Made by a program: the position numbers and the translations under genes. DNA of 64,000 nt from Longimicrobiales bacterium. Its GTDB lineage: Bacteria; Gemmatimonadota; Gemmatimonadetes; Longimicrobiales; Gaopeijiaceae. Shown in pieces: positions 21,604 through 34,888 of the stretch. A model generated the notes under the pieces. It saw only the letters and a program-made list of their open reading frames with translations. It was not told the origin of the DNA and made no database searches. Position 1 is the stretch's first letter; the number at the start of each line of letters is the position of its first letter. The stretch is taken from assembly GCA_965202985.1 (NCBI GenBank), contig CBDBCF010000001.1:2855940-2919939 (forward strand), read 5' to 3'.

Positions 21604-22451
21604 GCGCCCTGGTACGGTGTTTGGAGCGCCCCGGCCCCCTGGCGGCCGCCGAACTTCGGCCGCCGCGTTCCGACTTGGCGCCGGCGCGCAGCATGGATGT
21701 GTGGATCGACCTGCACCACTCCCTGCAGCGGCTTTCGCGGGCGGGCGCCTTCGTGTTGCTGACCGACGACGCCGTGGGGAGCGCCGAAGAAGAGAGCCTG
21801 GCCCACTTGGCGGCCAACTTGGGGGACGGCGGCGGCTTCCGGAGCGTGGTGCCGTTCCTGACCTGCAAGCACTCCTTGGACTACTGCCGCCTATTTGCTA
21901 GGCGCGCTGCCAGCCTGGGCGTGGCGGGACTGGCCGTGGTGGGCGGCGACGAGTCCGTGGGACCGCCTCGGTGCGTACCGCACGGTCAGGACCTGCGCCG
22001 GTTGATTCGGGAAGATCAGCCGGAGCTGGCGCTGGCCGGATGGGCCAACCCGCATCGGGACCCCGAGCGCCAAGCCCGCTTCGCGGCAGCCCCCGGTTTC
22101 AGCGCCGACTTCGTACTGACCCAGGTGGTGTCGCACCACTCCCTGGACCGCGTCGAGCGCTTTCGGCGCGAGCTGGCCCGACTGGACGTGGCGCTGCCCG
22201 TGGTTTGGGGCGTGTTCATGTATCGCAGCGCCAACCCGCGCACGCTGGAACGCCTGGGCCGGTTCTTCCCCGTGCCGGCGGCCGAGGTTGCCCGCGAGTT
22301 CGGGCGTGGCGACCGACCGGAAGAGATATGTGCGCGGTCGATTCGCGCGTTGCGGGACGCGGGCGCCGACAAGGTCTACGTGAGCAACCTGGGCAGCCGG
22401 GACGCCGCCGGCGAACTAGCCCGCGTGGTGGAGGCGGCGGAGAGCAGCTGA
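21600..22451 (+). CDS. Methylenetetrahydrofolate reductase-like protein
   Basis: AELRPP, LTDDAVG, VPFLTCK, VVGGD, GWANP, FVLTQV resemble the MTHFR TIM barrel; next to met genes. Confidence 0.6.
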   Translation: MSALVRCLERPGPLAAAELRPPRSDLAPARSMDVWIDLHHSLQRLSRAGAFVLLTDDAVGSAEEESLAHLAANLGDGGGFRSVVPFLTCKHSLDYCRLFARRAASLGVAGLAVVGGDESVGPPRCVPHGQDLRRLIREDQPELALAGWANPHRDPERQARFAAAPGFSADFVLTQVVSHHSLDRVERFRRELARLDVALPVVWGVFMYRSANPRTLERLGRFFPVPAAEVAREFGRGDRPEEICARSIRALRDAGADKVYVSNLGSRDAAGELARVVEAAESS

Positions 22452-22466
22452 AGGCGGGTCGCGCGG

Positions 22467-24312
22467 TCAGCGGGGCAGATCGAGCACGAACGCTGCGGCC
22501 GGTCCCGGAGACGCAACGACGTGGACGCCGGCGACGTGGGGGGCCAGTTCGGCCACGATCTCGCGGGCGACCTCGGCGCCTTCGCGGACGACGTGCTCCT
22601 TGCCGCGCGACGCGGCCGCGCGCATTCGCGTCACCACGATGTCCGGCACGTGCACGCCGGGGACCTCGTTTTGCAGAAACTCGGCCTGCGTCGGGGTCTC
22701 CAGCAGCTGGATCGTGGCCAGCACCGGAACGTCCGCCCCGTCGGCCGCCGTCTTGGCTTCTTCCAGGAACGCCAGCAGGTGCTCGGCATCGAAAACGGGT
22801 CGCGTGACCGTGAACGCCGCGCCGGCGTCCACCTTCCAGCGAAAGCGTTCCAGCTCTCGCGATCGGTCCCGCGCCCCCTGCGAGAGGACGACGCCGGCGA
22901 CGAATCCCGCCGGCTCGCCCGTCTCGTTGCCCGACGGGTCCCGACCCGTGTTCAGCCCCGCGACCACGTTGGCCAGCCCGATCGAATCGATGTCCACCGT
23001 GGCCCCCGACCCGGCCGGCACGCCGACCGGAAGCCCGCCCGTGTCCAGAAGCAGGTTGCGGACGCCCGATGCCGCGGCGCCCAGCAGGTCGGCGATCATT
23101 GCCGGCAGGGTTCGGCCCCTGCACGTGCAGTGAAGCACCGGTTCCGCCGCCGGCTCGGCCGCGTTGCTGCCCGCCACCAGCGCCGCGGCGGCCGAGGCGC
23201 TCATCCGGGCGGCGGTTCGGTCCTCGTGCACGACCGCGAAACCGGCCCCGGCCCGGGCAAGGCGCCGGCAGCGGGACAGCAGCTCGGAGGCGTCCCACCC
23301 GCTGGGCGGCACGACGCGGACCAAGGCGACGAACTCTCCCGCGGCCAGCTGTTCCCCCAGACGCGACCTCTCCTTCAACGGAGGCGCCGCCTTCCGCGCC
23401 GGGCTCTCCGACGGATCGCGGAGCACCCTTGCCGGCGGCGTTCGGGGTTGAAGGGCGGCCACTTCCTCGCGGATCCGGCGCACGTGCTCCGGCGTGGTGC
23501 CGCAGCATCCGCCCACCAAGCGCACCCCGGCCTGGATGAGGCGGCGGGCGTACATGGCCACGTAGTCGGGTCCCGCCAAGTACATCGTCCGATTCCCGAC
23601 CGCCCGCGGAAGGCCCGCGTTGGGTTGCGCGGCCAGTGGCAAGCGCGTCGCCGCCGCCATTCGCTCCACGCCGTCCAGGATGACCGCCGGTCCCAGCGAG
23701 CAGTTGATGCCCACCACGTCGGCCCCCCACGCCTCGGCCGCCCGCGCCGCCTGCTCCACCGAAGCGCCGAACGACGTGGCGCAGTCCTCGCCCACCGTCA
23801 CCTGCGCAACCACGGGAAGGTCGCAGCGGCTTCGCACCGCCCGCGCCGCCTGCTCCATCTCGGAGAGGTCGGAGAAGGTCTCGAGCACGAAGCCTTCGAC
23901 GCCGCCCTCCAGCAAGCCGTCCACCTGGCGTCCGAAGTACGCTTCCGCCTCGTCCAGCGACGTGGGGCCGAGCGGCTCCAACCGTATCCCCAGCGGACCC
24001 ACGGCGCCGACCACCGCAGCCCGTCCCGACGCGGCCCGCCCCGCGATCTCGGCGCCGCGGCGGTTCAGCTCTTCCGTCCGCTTGTCCAAGCCGTGCGAAG
24101 ACAGCTTGACGGGGTTCGCCCCGAAGGTGTTGGTGGCGACGATCTCCGCTCCCGCCCGGACGTACTGCTCGTGCACATCCTCCACCAGCGCCGGGTTGGA
24201 GGCGTTGAGCTCGTCGTAGCAAACGTTCATGAAGACGCCGCGGGCGTACAGCACCGTGCCCATGGCGCCGTCCATGACGTGGACGCGCCCGTCGGAGAGC
24301 ATCTCGCGGAGA

Positions 24313-24320
<8 letters not shown>
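22467..24320 (-). CDS. Bifunctional homocysteine S-methyltransferase / MTHFR (YitJ-like)
   Basis: [34 protein letters not shown]-terminal MTHFR domain with FLQNEVPGV. Confidence 0.9.
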
Positions 24321-28239
<3,919 letters not shown>

Positions 28240-28441
28240 GTCGCCCACCCCTTTCGCGTGGGGGCGTTGGCGCTAGGCTTTTTAGCAGTCAGGCCGCAAT
28301 ACGCCGCAAATCGCCGTGGTCGTTCCGCCCGCGCGTTGCCCCGTGTCGGGCGCCGTCGCGAGCATTCCAACGATAGCCGAATCCCCGGAGGGGTTCCATG
28401 TTGCGACCGCCCCCGCCCGCCAGCCGAGAGAACGAGGCCCC

Positions 28442-28954
28442 GTGAGCGAAAGCCAGTTCGGCGCCGTGCCGTTCACGCTCAAGCGCAGCACCGACCTGTG
28501 GGACCGCAAGGGCTACACGACCAAGACCGAAACCGCCCACGGCCTGGTGCGACTGGAGGGCGGCCGACTGGTCGTTCAGTGGCGGCTGGCCGTGCACACC
28601 GAGTCGGTGGGCAGCGCCTCCTGGACCAAGGAGGAAGAGATCGAGCCCGTCCGCGAGACCGTGATCGCCTTGGAGCGCGTGGCCGGCGCCAAGGTGACGG
28701 GCAGCAGGCGCGGGTTCCTGCGTCCTCCCAAGCTGGTGATCGCCGCCGCGGACCTGATGGCCTTCGACGAGATCGCCGGCGGCCAAGGCCTCAAGCTCAA
28801 GCACCCCGCCAAGCTCGTCTTCCGCATCGGCCGTCGAGACCGCCTGGCCGCCGAGGAGTTCGCGGCCGAACTGGCGCTGGCCCTGGCCCGGTTGCCGGGA
28901 CGAACGGCCGTCGCCGGCCCCGCCGCTCTCCCGTCGCCCGAGGAACGGAGCTGA
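28442..28954 (+). CDS. Hypothetical protein
   Basis: Clean ORF with host-like codon usage; no recognisable motif; start uncertain. Confidence 0.6.
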   Translation: MSESQFGAVPFTLKRSTDLWDRKGYTTKTETAHGLVRLEGGRLVVQWRLAVHTESVGSASWTKEEEIEPVRETVIALERVAGAKVTGSRRGFLRPPKLVIAAADLMAFDEIAGGQGLKLKHPAKLVFRIGRRDRLAAEEFAAELALALARLPGRTAVAGPAALPSPEERS

Positions 28955-28956
28955 CC

Positions 28957-29690
28957 GTGCCTGCTCGTCCAGCCAGCCGGATTCCCGTGGGGAGCCAGTT
29001 CTCTCCAACTTGGTGTCGTTGCCGGACTTCCTGGACGCGGCGATTCGGCACTCCGGCGACAAGGAAGCCCTGGCAATAGCGGTATGGCAGCCGCCCGTTA
29101 GGATCTGCACGGTGCGGAAGATGCCGACCAAGCGACGGGCCAAGCTCCCACTGGAGGCCGCCGTGCAGTACGGCCTTCTGACGTCCAGAGAGTATCGCGC
29201 GACGGACTTGGCAGAACAGCTGTCTGTACGGACGGGCCCATCTCTCTACGACCGATTCGCCCGGCATATTCTCCTCAACTGCGGCGGGCTCCGGGTCGTG
29301 GAAGCCGTTCTGCAGATGCAAGAGGACGACTTGCGCGTCACCGGCGACTCGCTGGCCAAATTCCTGACTACCCAAGGCTTTTACGTGGCCGAGCACAACA
29401 CGGCCGTCAACACTCTGCGCATGTGGTTGTCCAAGGCCAGCATTTTTCCCCAAGGCAGGTCCGGTGCCTGGACGGTCAACACGGTTGCAAAAGAACGGAT
29501 TCTCGGTCTCGACGACACCCAAGTTTTCACGTTGGCGGGCCTGACAGTTGCGCAGGTCGCCTTTGTCGAAGGCCTCTGCGTTCTGCGGCCGTCTGGATGG
29601 ATCAAAGCCAGCGACGTCCGAGATTGGGCGGAGACGTTTCGGGGGGTCTCGATTGGCAGAGGATCGTTGCCTTCGGAGGTTCTCGAGCCA
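28957..29690 (+). pseudogene. Truncated, frameshifted gene; possibly N-terminal part of a restriction endonuclease
   Basis: IPVGSQFSP|LVSLPDFL frameshift near 29008; FARHILLNCGGL, TLRMWLSKA; lower GC; sense breaks at ~29690. Confidence 0.5.
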
Positions 29691-30392
29691 GTTGTGATCC
29701 TCCGAATGCCGATAGAAGGCGTTGAGCGGCTCCCCTCTGCTGGGATCTCGAACCCCATAGCCGAACAGGGCGTGAATCTCTGTCGTCAGGGTTTCCCATT
29801 TGTCGCGTGATTCCGATAAGCGCAACAGCATGTTTCTCAACACGGTGGCGCCGCCACCTCTCGACAATCGAATTCGCAACACGTCTTCCTCGAGGATGGA
29901 TTCTGTCTCCTCGATCTGCAGCGAAGACGGAATGTAGACGGCGGAAAACGGATCAAGGCCGCAGATTCGCAGTTCTTGGACACCAACGGCGTCGGCCGGT
30001 CGAACGGCCATCGTCCCACTGGTCTTGAAGGCCAGCTCGAGAGCGACCTTCCATTCTTCTGTGTGGATGGCCAAGACTATGGGTTCACTCACTTCTCGGT
30101 CATGCCACAGGTGAACGAGGGTCGTGACGGCTACCGAATGTACGCCGTCAAGCAAGGTTGGGACGTAACCGCCGTCTCCCATGCGCATCGCGTCCTCGGA
30201 CTCGCCGCGCAACCACCCGGACGCCTCGTCGTCTTGTATCCAGTGGTGCCAAGCCTCCGCCCACAACGCAATTGCCTGCAACACCGTCGTCTTGCCGCAG
30301 TTGTTCGGTCCCACCATTACGATCTGGTCGTCGAGCTCGAACGTAGCGTGTCGAAACCGCTTGAAGTTCCGGACTTCCAACTTGCGGATCAT
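29682..30392 (-). pseudogene. Truncated ABC/AAA ATPase (paralog of 37808-39544)
   Basis: MIRKLEVRNFKRF, Walker A GPNNCGKTTVLQAIALW; similarity ends before ABC signature/Walker B. Confidence 0.8.
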
Positions 30393-30767
30393 TTTGGGAC
30401 CTCGGTACGCATGCGGTTCGCTCGGGGGACGAACAGCTTTGGGGCGTCACTCCAAACCACTCGGCCACGGCGGAGCCAGTAGTGGCACTGGCAGGGCAGG
30501 GCGGCGACGTGTATCGACGGATGGAGCGAGAGCGTGCCGTCCATGTGTTCCGTGATCCGCCAGCGGCGGCTGCACCTGGGAGGCAACGTCCAGGTTGACA
30601 ACGCGACGACATACCCGACGGGGACACGGGACGGCGGCGTGGAAGGGGTGTCGGCGTCCGCCTACGACGTATACCGTGCGGCGCTGGGGCTCATCGGGAA
30701 GGTCGTCCACCCACTCGGTGCGGTACGGCCGAAAACGCGCGACGACGTTCGCAAGCCACCTGATCAT
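30389..30767 (-). pseudogene. DUF6527-like Cys/His protein, +1 frameshift near 30566
   Basis: DDLPD...VPCPRRVC...NL in one frame; RWRI...TLSLHPSI...CQCHYWLRRGRVVW in the next. Confidence 0.75.
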
Positions 30768-30771
30768 CGGA

Positions 30772-32166
30772 TCATCGGACGACGTTGTTCTGCACGAGGA
30801 CGCTAGCGTCGCCCGTACCGACGTACTTGGCGAAGAGCGGATGCGGATCGCCGGAATCGGGCGTTGCCTCGTAGTCGCCGTGGACTAGGCGCAGCCGCTG
30901 GGTCGCGAAGTTGCGGTTCGGATCGAGGCGGTACGAGTGCATGCGCGCCAGGAAGTCGTTGAACGCCAAGCACGCCGCCTGCATGTTGACGGAGATCACC
31001 GCCGGCTGGTCCTCGCCAACCTCTTGAAGATAGCCGGCTGTCCGCTGCGTCTCGTAGTGGTCCGGGTCGTGTCGCCGCCAGTTTTCGGCCGTGACTTGCT
31101 CCATGGTGTACGCTCCGCGGGAGAGCAGGTTGCTTCCGTCGGGGTGAACGTAGTGCGCGACCGCGTCGGCGTCGGCAAGCCCGCCTTCGCCGTCGGCGTC
31201 CAAGTTGACCCCGACCTCGAAGTAGGGTATGCAGTATGCGCTCGCCAGGCAATCGAGGTGGTACCGGCCGGACGCGGAATCGACGCAGCCGAAGAGAACG
31301 TCGCAGTCGATCAACGCCTCCGTCGCTTCCCGCGAGTCCGTCAGGCAACGGTAAGTGTCCACCGACGTGCCGAGGCCCATCCTCTCCACGGCTCGTCGCA
31401 GCGCGTCCACCTTGGGCCGCCCCGCATGGGCGTCCTCCATCGAGCCGTTGACGATGCGGTTCAGGTTCTTCGGTTCCATCGCGTCGTCGTCCACCATCAC
31501 AATCGCGCCTACGCAGTTGCGCACCAGCAGCTCGATCACGACGCTGCCGGTCCCCGAGCAGCCGACCACGCCGACCCGAAGCGACCGGAGCAGGTCGAGC
31601 GTTCCCCGGCCAAAGGTCTGGGCAATGCGCGTCTCGTGCTCCTCGACGCCTGCTTTCGCGACGCCGCCCCGCTTCCAAATGCGAATGTCCTCGCCGACGC
31701 TGCACACGGCGCTCGCTTCGGCGAAGTTGCCGTCGGGTTTCAGCGTGCGCGCCCTGATCGCCGAATCCGGCGTCATGATCGCGGAGCCGTTCATCCTGTC
31801 GTCGTCGAACCACGAGGAGATCGAATCCAACAGCTCTCGGTCCGTCCGGTCGTCCAGTTCCGAGAAGCGTGGATTGCCCGTGGGGTGCGAGTGAATCGTG
31901 ACGATCGACTGGCCGTTTCGGTCGATGGACTCGATGCGGTCGGGCTCGAGGTGGTCGGCGAATGGCCAGGACACGAAGTCCTTCTTCCTTTCCGAGCGCC
32001 GGTGGGGGAGCAGGAGAAGATCGGCGACGACAAGGCGCTGGTGCAGCTTGCCGGTTCCCTGGTTGCAAACGAGCACGGCGGCAGCCTCGAGGCCGTCGCC
32101 GGGGAACAGGTGATCCGACAAGCGACGGTGCTGGCTGGCGGTCATGGCCAGCAGGGCGCTCCTCAT
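30772..32166 (-). CDS. JAB/JAMM peptidase - ThiF/E1 adenylyltransferase fusion
   Basis: HLFPGDGLEAAA...HSHP...FSELDD (JAMM); VVGCSGTGS, DDDAMEPKNLNR, FGCVD (E1). Confidence 0.9.
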   Translation of the reverse strand: MRSALLAMTASQHRRLSDHLFPGDGLEAAAVLVCNQGTGKLHQRLVVADLLLLPHRRSERKKDFVSWPFADHLEPDRIESIDRNGQSIVTIHSHPTGNPRFSELDDRTDRELLDSISSWFDDDRMNGSAIMTPDSAIRARTLKPDGNFAEASAVCSVGEDIRIWKRGGVAKAGVEEHETRIAQTFGRGTLDLLRSLRVGVVGCSGTGSVVIELLVRNCVGAIVMVDDDAMEPKNLNRIVNGSMEDAHAGRPKVDALRRAVERMGLGTSVDTYRCLTDSREATEALIDCDVLFGCVDSASGRYHLDCLASAYCIPYFEVGVNLDADGEGGLADADAVAHYVHPDGSNLLSRGAYTMEQVTAENWRRHDPDHYETQRTAGYLQEVGEDQPAVISVNMQAACLAFNDFLARMHSYRLDPNRNFATQRLRLVHGDYEATPDSGDPHPLFAKYVGTGDASVLVQNNVVR

Positions 32167-32585
32167 CGGCCCGTCTCCGCCTTGAGCTCGTTCCTGGCGT
32201 ACTGGACATGCTTGGCAATGCTGTCCTCTCCGGGGTTCCAGTCGTAGTGCCGGGACCACCGCTGCCAGTTCGTCTCGAAGTGCGCTTCCTCTGCGAGGGC
32301 GCCAATCTCTTGGCCGTCGAGCCGAGCCAGCCGCGGGTAGAAGTAGAACATGTCCAGCCCCGCCCCGGGATAGCCGGTCGGGATCAGAAGCATGAGCGTG
32401 CTCCGCTCCCGATCGTAGCCTGGCGGGATCGGGAAGTCCTCGATGAAGAGGCCCCACTTGCAGTTGCCGGGTCCCTCCGCCTTGCGTTTCCAGGACGAAC
32501 CGTACTCAGCGTCGAACGCGTCCAGGTACTCCTCGTCCTCCGGCGGCAATTGGTAGGGAGGCGACGAGCGGTCCGGCTCGTCCAT
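32163..32585 (-). CDS. Prokaryotic E2/UBC family protein (family E-like)
   Basis: FPIPPGY...LLIPTGYPGAGLDMFYFYP...WQRWSRH; overlapping start/stop with neighbours. Confidence 0.88.
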   Translation of the reverse strand: MDEPDRSSPPYQLPPEDEEYLDAFDAEYGSSWKRKAEGPGNCKWGLFIEDFPIPPGYDRERSTLMLLIPTGYPGAGLDMFYFYPRLARLDGQEIGALAEEAHFETNWQRWSRHYDWNPGEDSIAKHVQYARNELKAETGR

Positions 32586-33337
32586 CAGCCCTGTTGCGCT
32601 TGCCTGCGGACGGTCTCGAAGCGCTCGACGCCGGGTTCTGCGAGATCGACCTCCTCGTGGGCCTCGATCCTGATCCGCCGTCCTCCGCGAAGCTTCTGGT
32701 TGAGGGCCCAGTCGATGGTGCGCTTTGCCACCAGCGCCAGTATCTCCGCCCCGGAGATCACGCGCTTCTCGACCACGAACCTGTCGCGGTCCACGCGGAT
32801 GCGATAGCGGTGCCACCGGGGAGGCCGTCGCTCGTGCTTGGTGCACTCCTCGACGTCCACGGCGGTCTCGCCGGGCGCGTCTACCGGGTGCGGCACGACG
32901 AAGTACGAGTCCGTGGCCTGGACGACAACCGTGGTGCCGTCCGGAATCTCGACGTCGACGCCTTCGTCCGTGCCGTCCTCGACCGTGGCGAAGAGGCGGC
33001 CGCAGGAGACCTCGTCGTCGCGTCCGGCCAACTCCTCGGCGGCGATCTTGCCACCCTCCACGCGAACCTCTCTGTCGCCGTTGAACTCCGGCGTTACGGC
33101 GCGGGGCGGACCCGAAGCCGCGTCCCCAGCCGCATCCGCGAAAGCAAACTTCTCTCCGCCGCATACAAGGACGACCTCGGATGCCGCGAGGGGCGTGCTT
33201 GGCCTTTCGTCGCGGACGAGGAAGAGGGTGTCGTCGTCGCCGGTGCCCGCGAGCACGCGCAGTCGGCCGCCGGACACGAGCCCTGCTTCGGCCGCATGAC
33301 CGCGGCCATCGATGAAGACAGTGACGATCCCAGCCAT
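32585..33337 (-). CDS. Multi-ubiquitin-like domain protein ending in Gly
   Basis: [10 protein letters not shown]; about three beta-grasp-like repeats; YRIRVD..ISGAEILAL..VDLAEPGVERFET; C-terminus AQQG. Confidence 0.85.
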   Translation of the reverse strand: MAGIVTVFIDGRGHAAEAGLVSGGRLRVLAGTGDDDTLFLVRDERPSTPLAASEVVLVCGGEKFAFADAAGDAASGPPRAVTPEFNGDREVRVEGGKIAAEELAGRDDEVSCGRLFATVEDGTDEGVDVEIPDGTTVVVQATDSYFVVPHPVDAPGETAVDVEECTKHERRPPRWHRYRIRVDRDRFVVEKRVISGAEILALVAKRTIDWALNQKLRGGRRIRIEAHEEVDLAEPGVERFETVRRQAQQG

Positions 33338-33475
33338 CCGATCCCTCCTCCACTCGCTCGGGCCGGTCGGTTGCCGGGGGGCCAGCGACCGGCGGATCAA
33401 AGCCAATGTCGCACGCGGGGCCGGAGGGCGTCAACGGCAGCGGACAGCCCGACATCGTCCGGCGGGCAGGGAAGC

Positions 33476-33529
33476 CCGGGATGCCGCACCACAATGTCCG
33501 GTCGCCGCGCCGCTTTGCCCAGCACTCGC
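33476..33529. repeat. 54-bp direct repeat, copy A (53/54 identical to 37631-37684)
   Basis: ccgggatgccgcaccacaatgtccggtcgccgcgccgctt(t/c)gcccagcactcgc. Confidence 0.95.
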
Positions 33530-33615
33530 ACCGGGAGCAAGGCCAGTTCCGGACGTTCAGGATCCCTTGTGCGACAAGGGCATGGTGCGGATTCGCAGGT
33601 GTACGCAAGACATCC

Positions 33616-33667
33616 GACGAAAGTGTGTCCCAGCCAGCTATCCAAACGCCCCGTTTTCGGCCCCATC
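33616..33667 (+). promoter_or_regulatory. Conserved upstream element of Rpn gene 2
   Basis: Same GACGAAA-N11-CCAGCTATCCAAACGCCC-N12-CATC as upstream of Rpn gene 1. Confidence 0.6.
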
Positions 33668-33730
33668 GTTTGGGTGTCCGCCCCGAGAGGCGGCACGAGC
33701 CCCCGCGCCCAGAAAGGCCGCTCGCCCCCA

Positions 33731-34888
33731 ATGGACCGACACCGCAACGAACACCAACTGCCCGACCACGACCCCGACTCGTCGCAGCAGCCCGACTGCG
33801 TGGCCGATGCCCCGGACTCCCAGGACGACGCGCCCCAAGAGCGCGAGCGCCGTCGCCACGACCAGACCTACAAGGCCCTCTTCGCCCACGGCGCGGCGAT
33901 CGAATCGCTGATCCGCGACTTCCTGGCCGTCGAATGGCACCAGCACCTCGACCTCGGCACCGCCGCGCTCGTCCCCACCGAGACGATCTCCGAGGGCCTC
34001 AAGCGCAGGCTGGCCGACTTCGCGCTCCGCATCTGGTTCAAGGGTGGCGAGGCCTCGGTCGTCTTCCTGGTCGAGTTCCAGGCGTCCCACGATTCCGACA
34101 TGGCGCTTCGCACGTTGGACTACGCGATCGGGATGGTCGAGGCGTTGCGGGCCAACCCGAAGATGCTGGACCCGGGGGACGCCGTGCCCCTGCTCCTTTC
34201 CTGCGTCCTCCACACCGGTCCGAAGCGCTGGCCGGCGGAGACGAGCTTGGCCGCCTTGACGCGCACGCCGGAGTCGCCGCCGGCCGTGGCGCGCGCCGTA
34301 GCCGGCTTCGGCACCGCGCACCGCTGCGTCGTGCTTGACTTGCAGTCGGCGTCGGCGGAGGGCTTGTTGCCGGCGGACTCGTTGCTGGGCTGGCTGGGCG
34401 CGTTGGAGCGGGCGCCGCTGGGGGACGCCTTTCCGCGCGTGCACGCCTCGTTGGCGAGGCATCGGGCCGGGGAGGGGCATCGTTCGTTCCGGCGGTCGTT
34501 CGCCAGGTGGACGGACGAGCGGATGCGAGCGGCGGGCGTGCCGGCGGAGCGGACGGAGGTTATCGTGCAGGGGATCATTCAACCCGAGGAGGCGCTGGAG
34601 ATGGGCCAGACGTACTACGAGGAGTGGGTGGAGGGACACGAGCGCAGGGGCATGGCGAAGGGCGTGAAGCGGGGCGTGAAGAAGGGCGTGGTCCGGGGTC
34701 ACCGGGAGATGGTGCTTCGTCTGGCGTCGCGGAAGTTCGGGGCGGAGACGGCGAAGCGTCTGGAGGGGCTGGTGGGGTCGATGGGTCCCGAGCAGCTCGT
34801 GCAGGTGGGCGACGCCGTTGTGGACTGCGACACGGGCGACGACCTGCTGGCCGAGGCGGCGAACGGTGCCTCCGCTAGCTTAGCTTAG
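33731..34888 (+). CDS. Rpn family recombination-promoting nuclease / putative transposase
   Basis: HDQTYKALF, RRLADFALRI, FLVEFQASHDSDMALRTLDY, VLHTGPKRW, xGxx repeats, RKFG C-terminal domain. Confidence 0.9.
   Translation: MDRHRNEHQLPDHDPDSSQQPDCVADAPDSQDDAPQERERRRHDQTYKALFAHGAAIESLIRDFLAVEWHQHLDLGTAALVPTETISEGLKRRLADFALRIWFKGGEASVVFLVEFQASHDSDMALRTLDYAIGMVEALRANPKMLDPGDAVPLLLSCVLHTGPKRWPAETSLAALTRTPESPPAVARAVAGFGTAHRCVVLDLQSASAEGLLPADSLLGWLGALERAPLGDAFPRVHASLARHRAGEGHRSFRRSFARWTDERMRAAGVPAERTEVIVQGIIQPEEALEMGQTYYEEWVEGHERRGMAKGVKRGVKKGVVRGHREMVLRLASRKFGAETAKRLEGLVGSMGPEQLVQVGDAVVDCDTGDDLLAEAANGASASLA
34601..34888 (+). CDS. Putative internally translated small Rpn protein (RpnS-like antitoxin)
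   Basis: GAGGAGG 8 nt before the in-frame ATG (MGQTYYEEW). Confidence 0.55.
   Translation: MGQTYYEEWVEGHERRGMAKGVKRGVKKGVVRGHREMVLRLASRKFGAETAKRLEGLVGSMGPEQLVQVGDAVVDCDTGDDLLAEAANGASASLA

Noticed and set aside
28250..28440. SAM or cobalamin riboswitch upstream of metH
   Set aside because: No recognisable conserved core; only a weak hairpin near the SD
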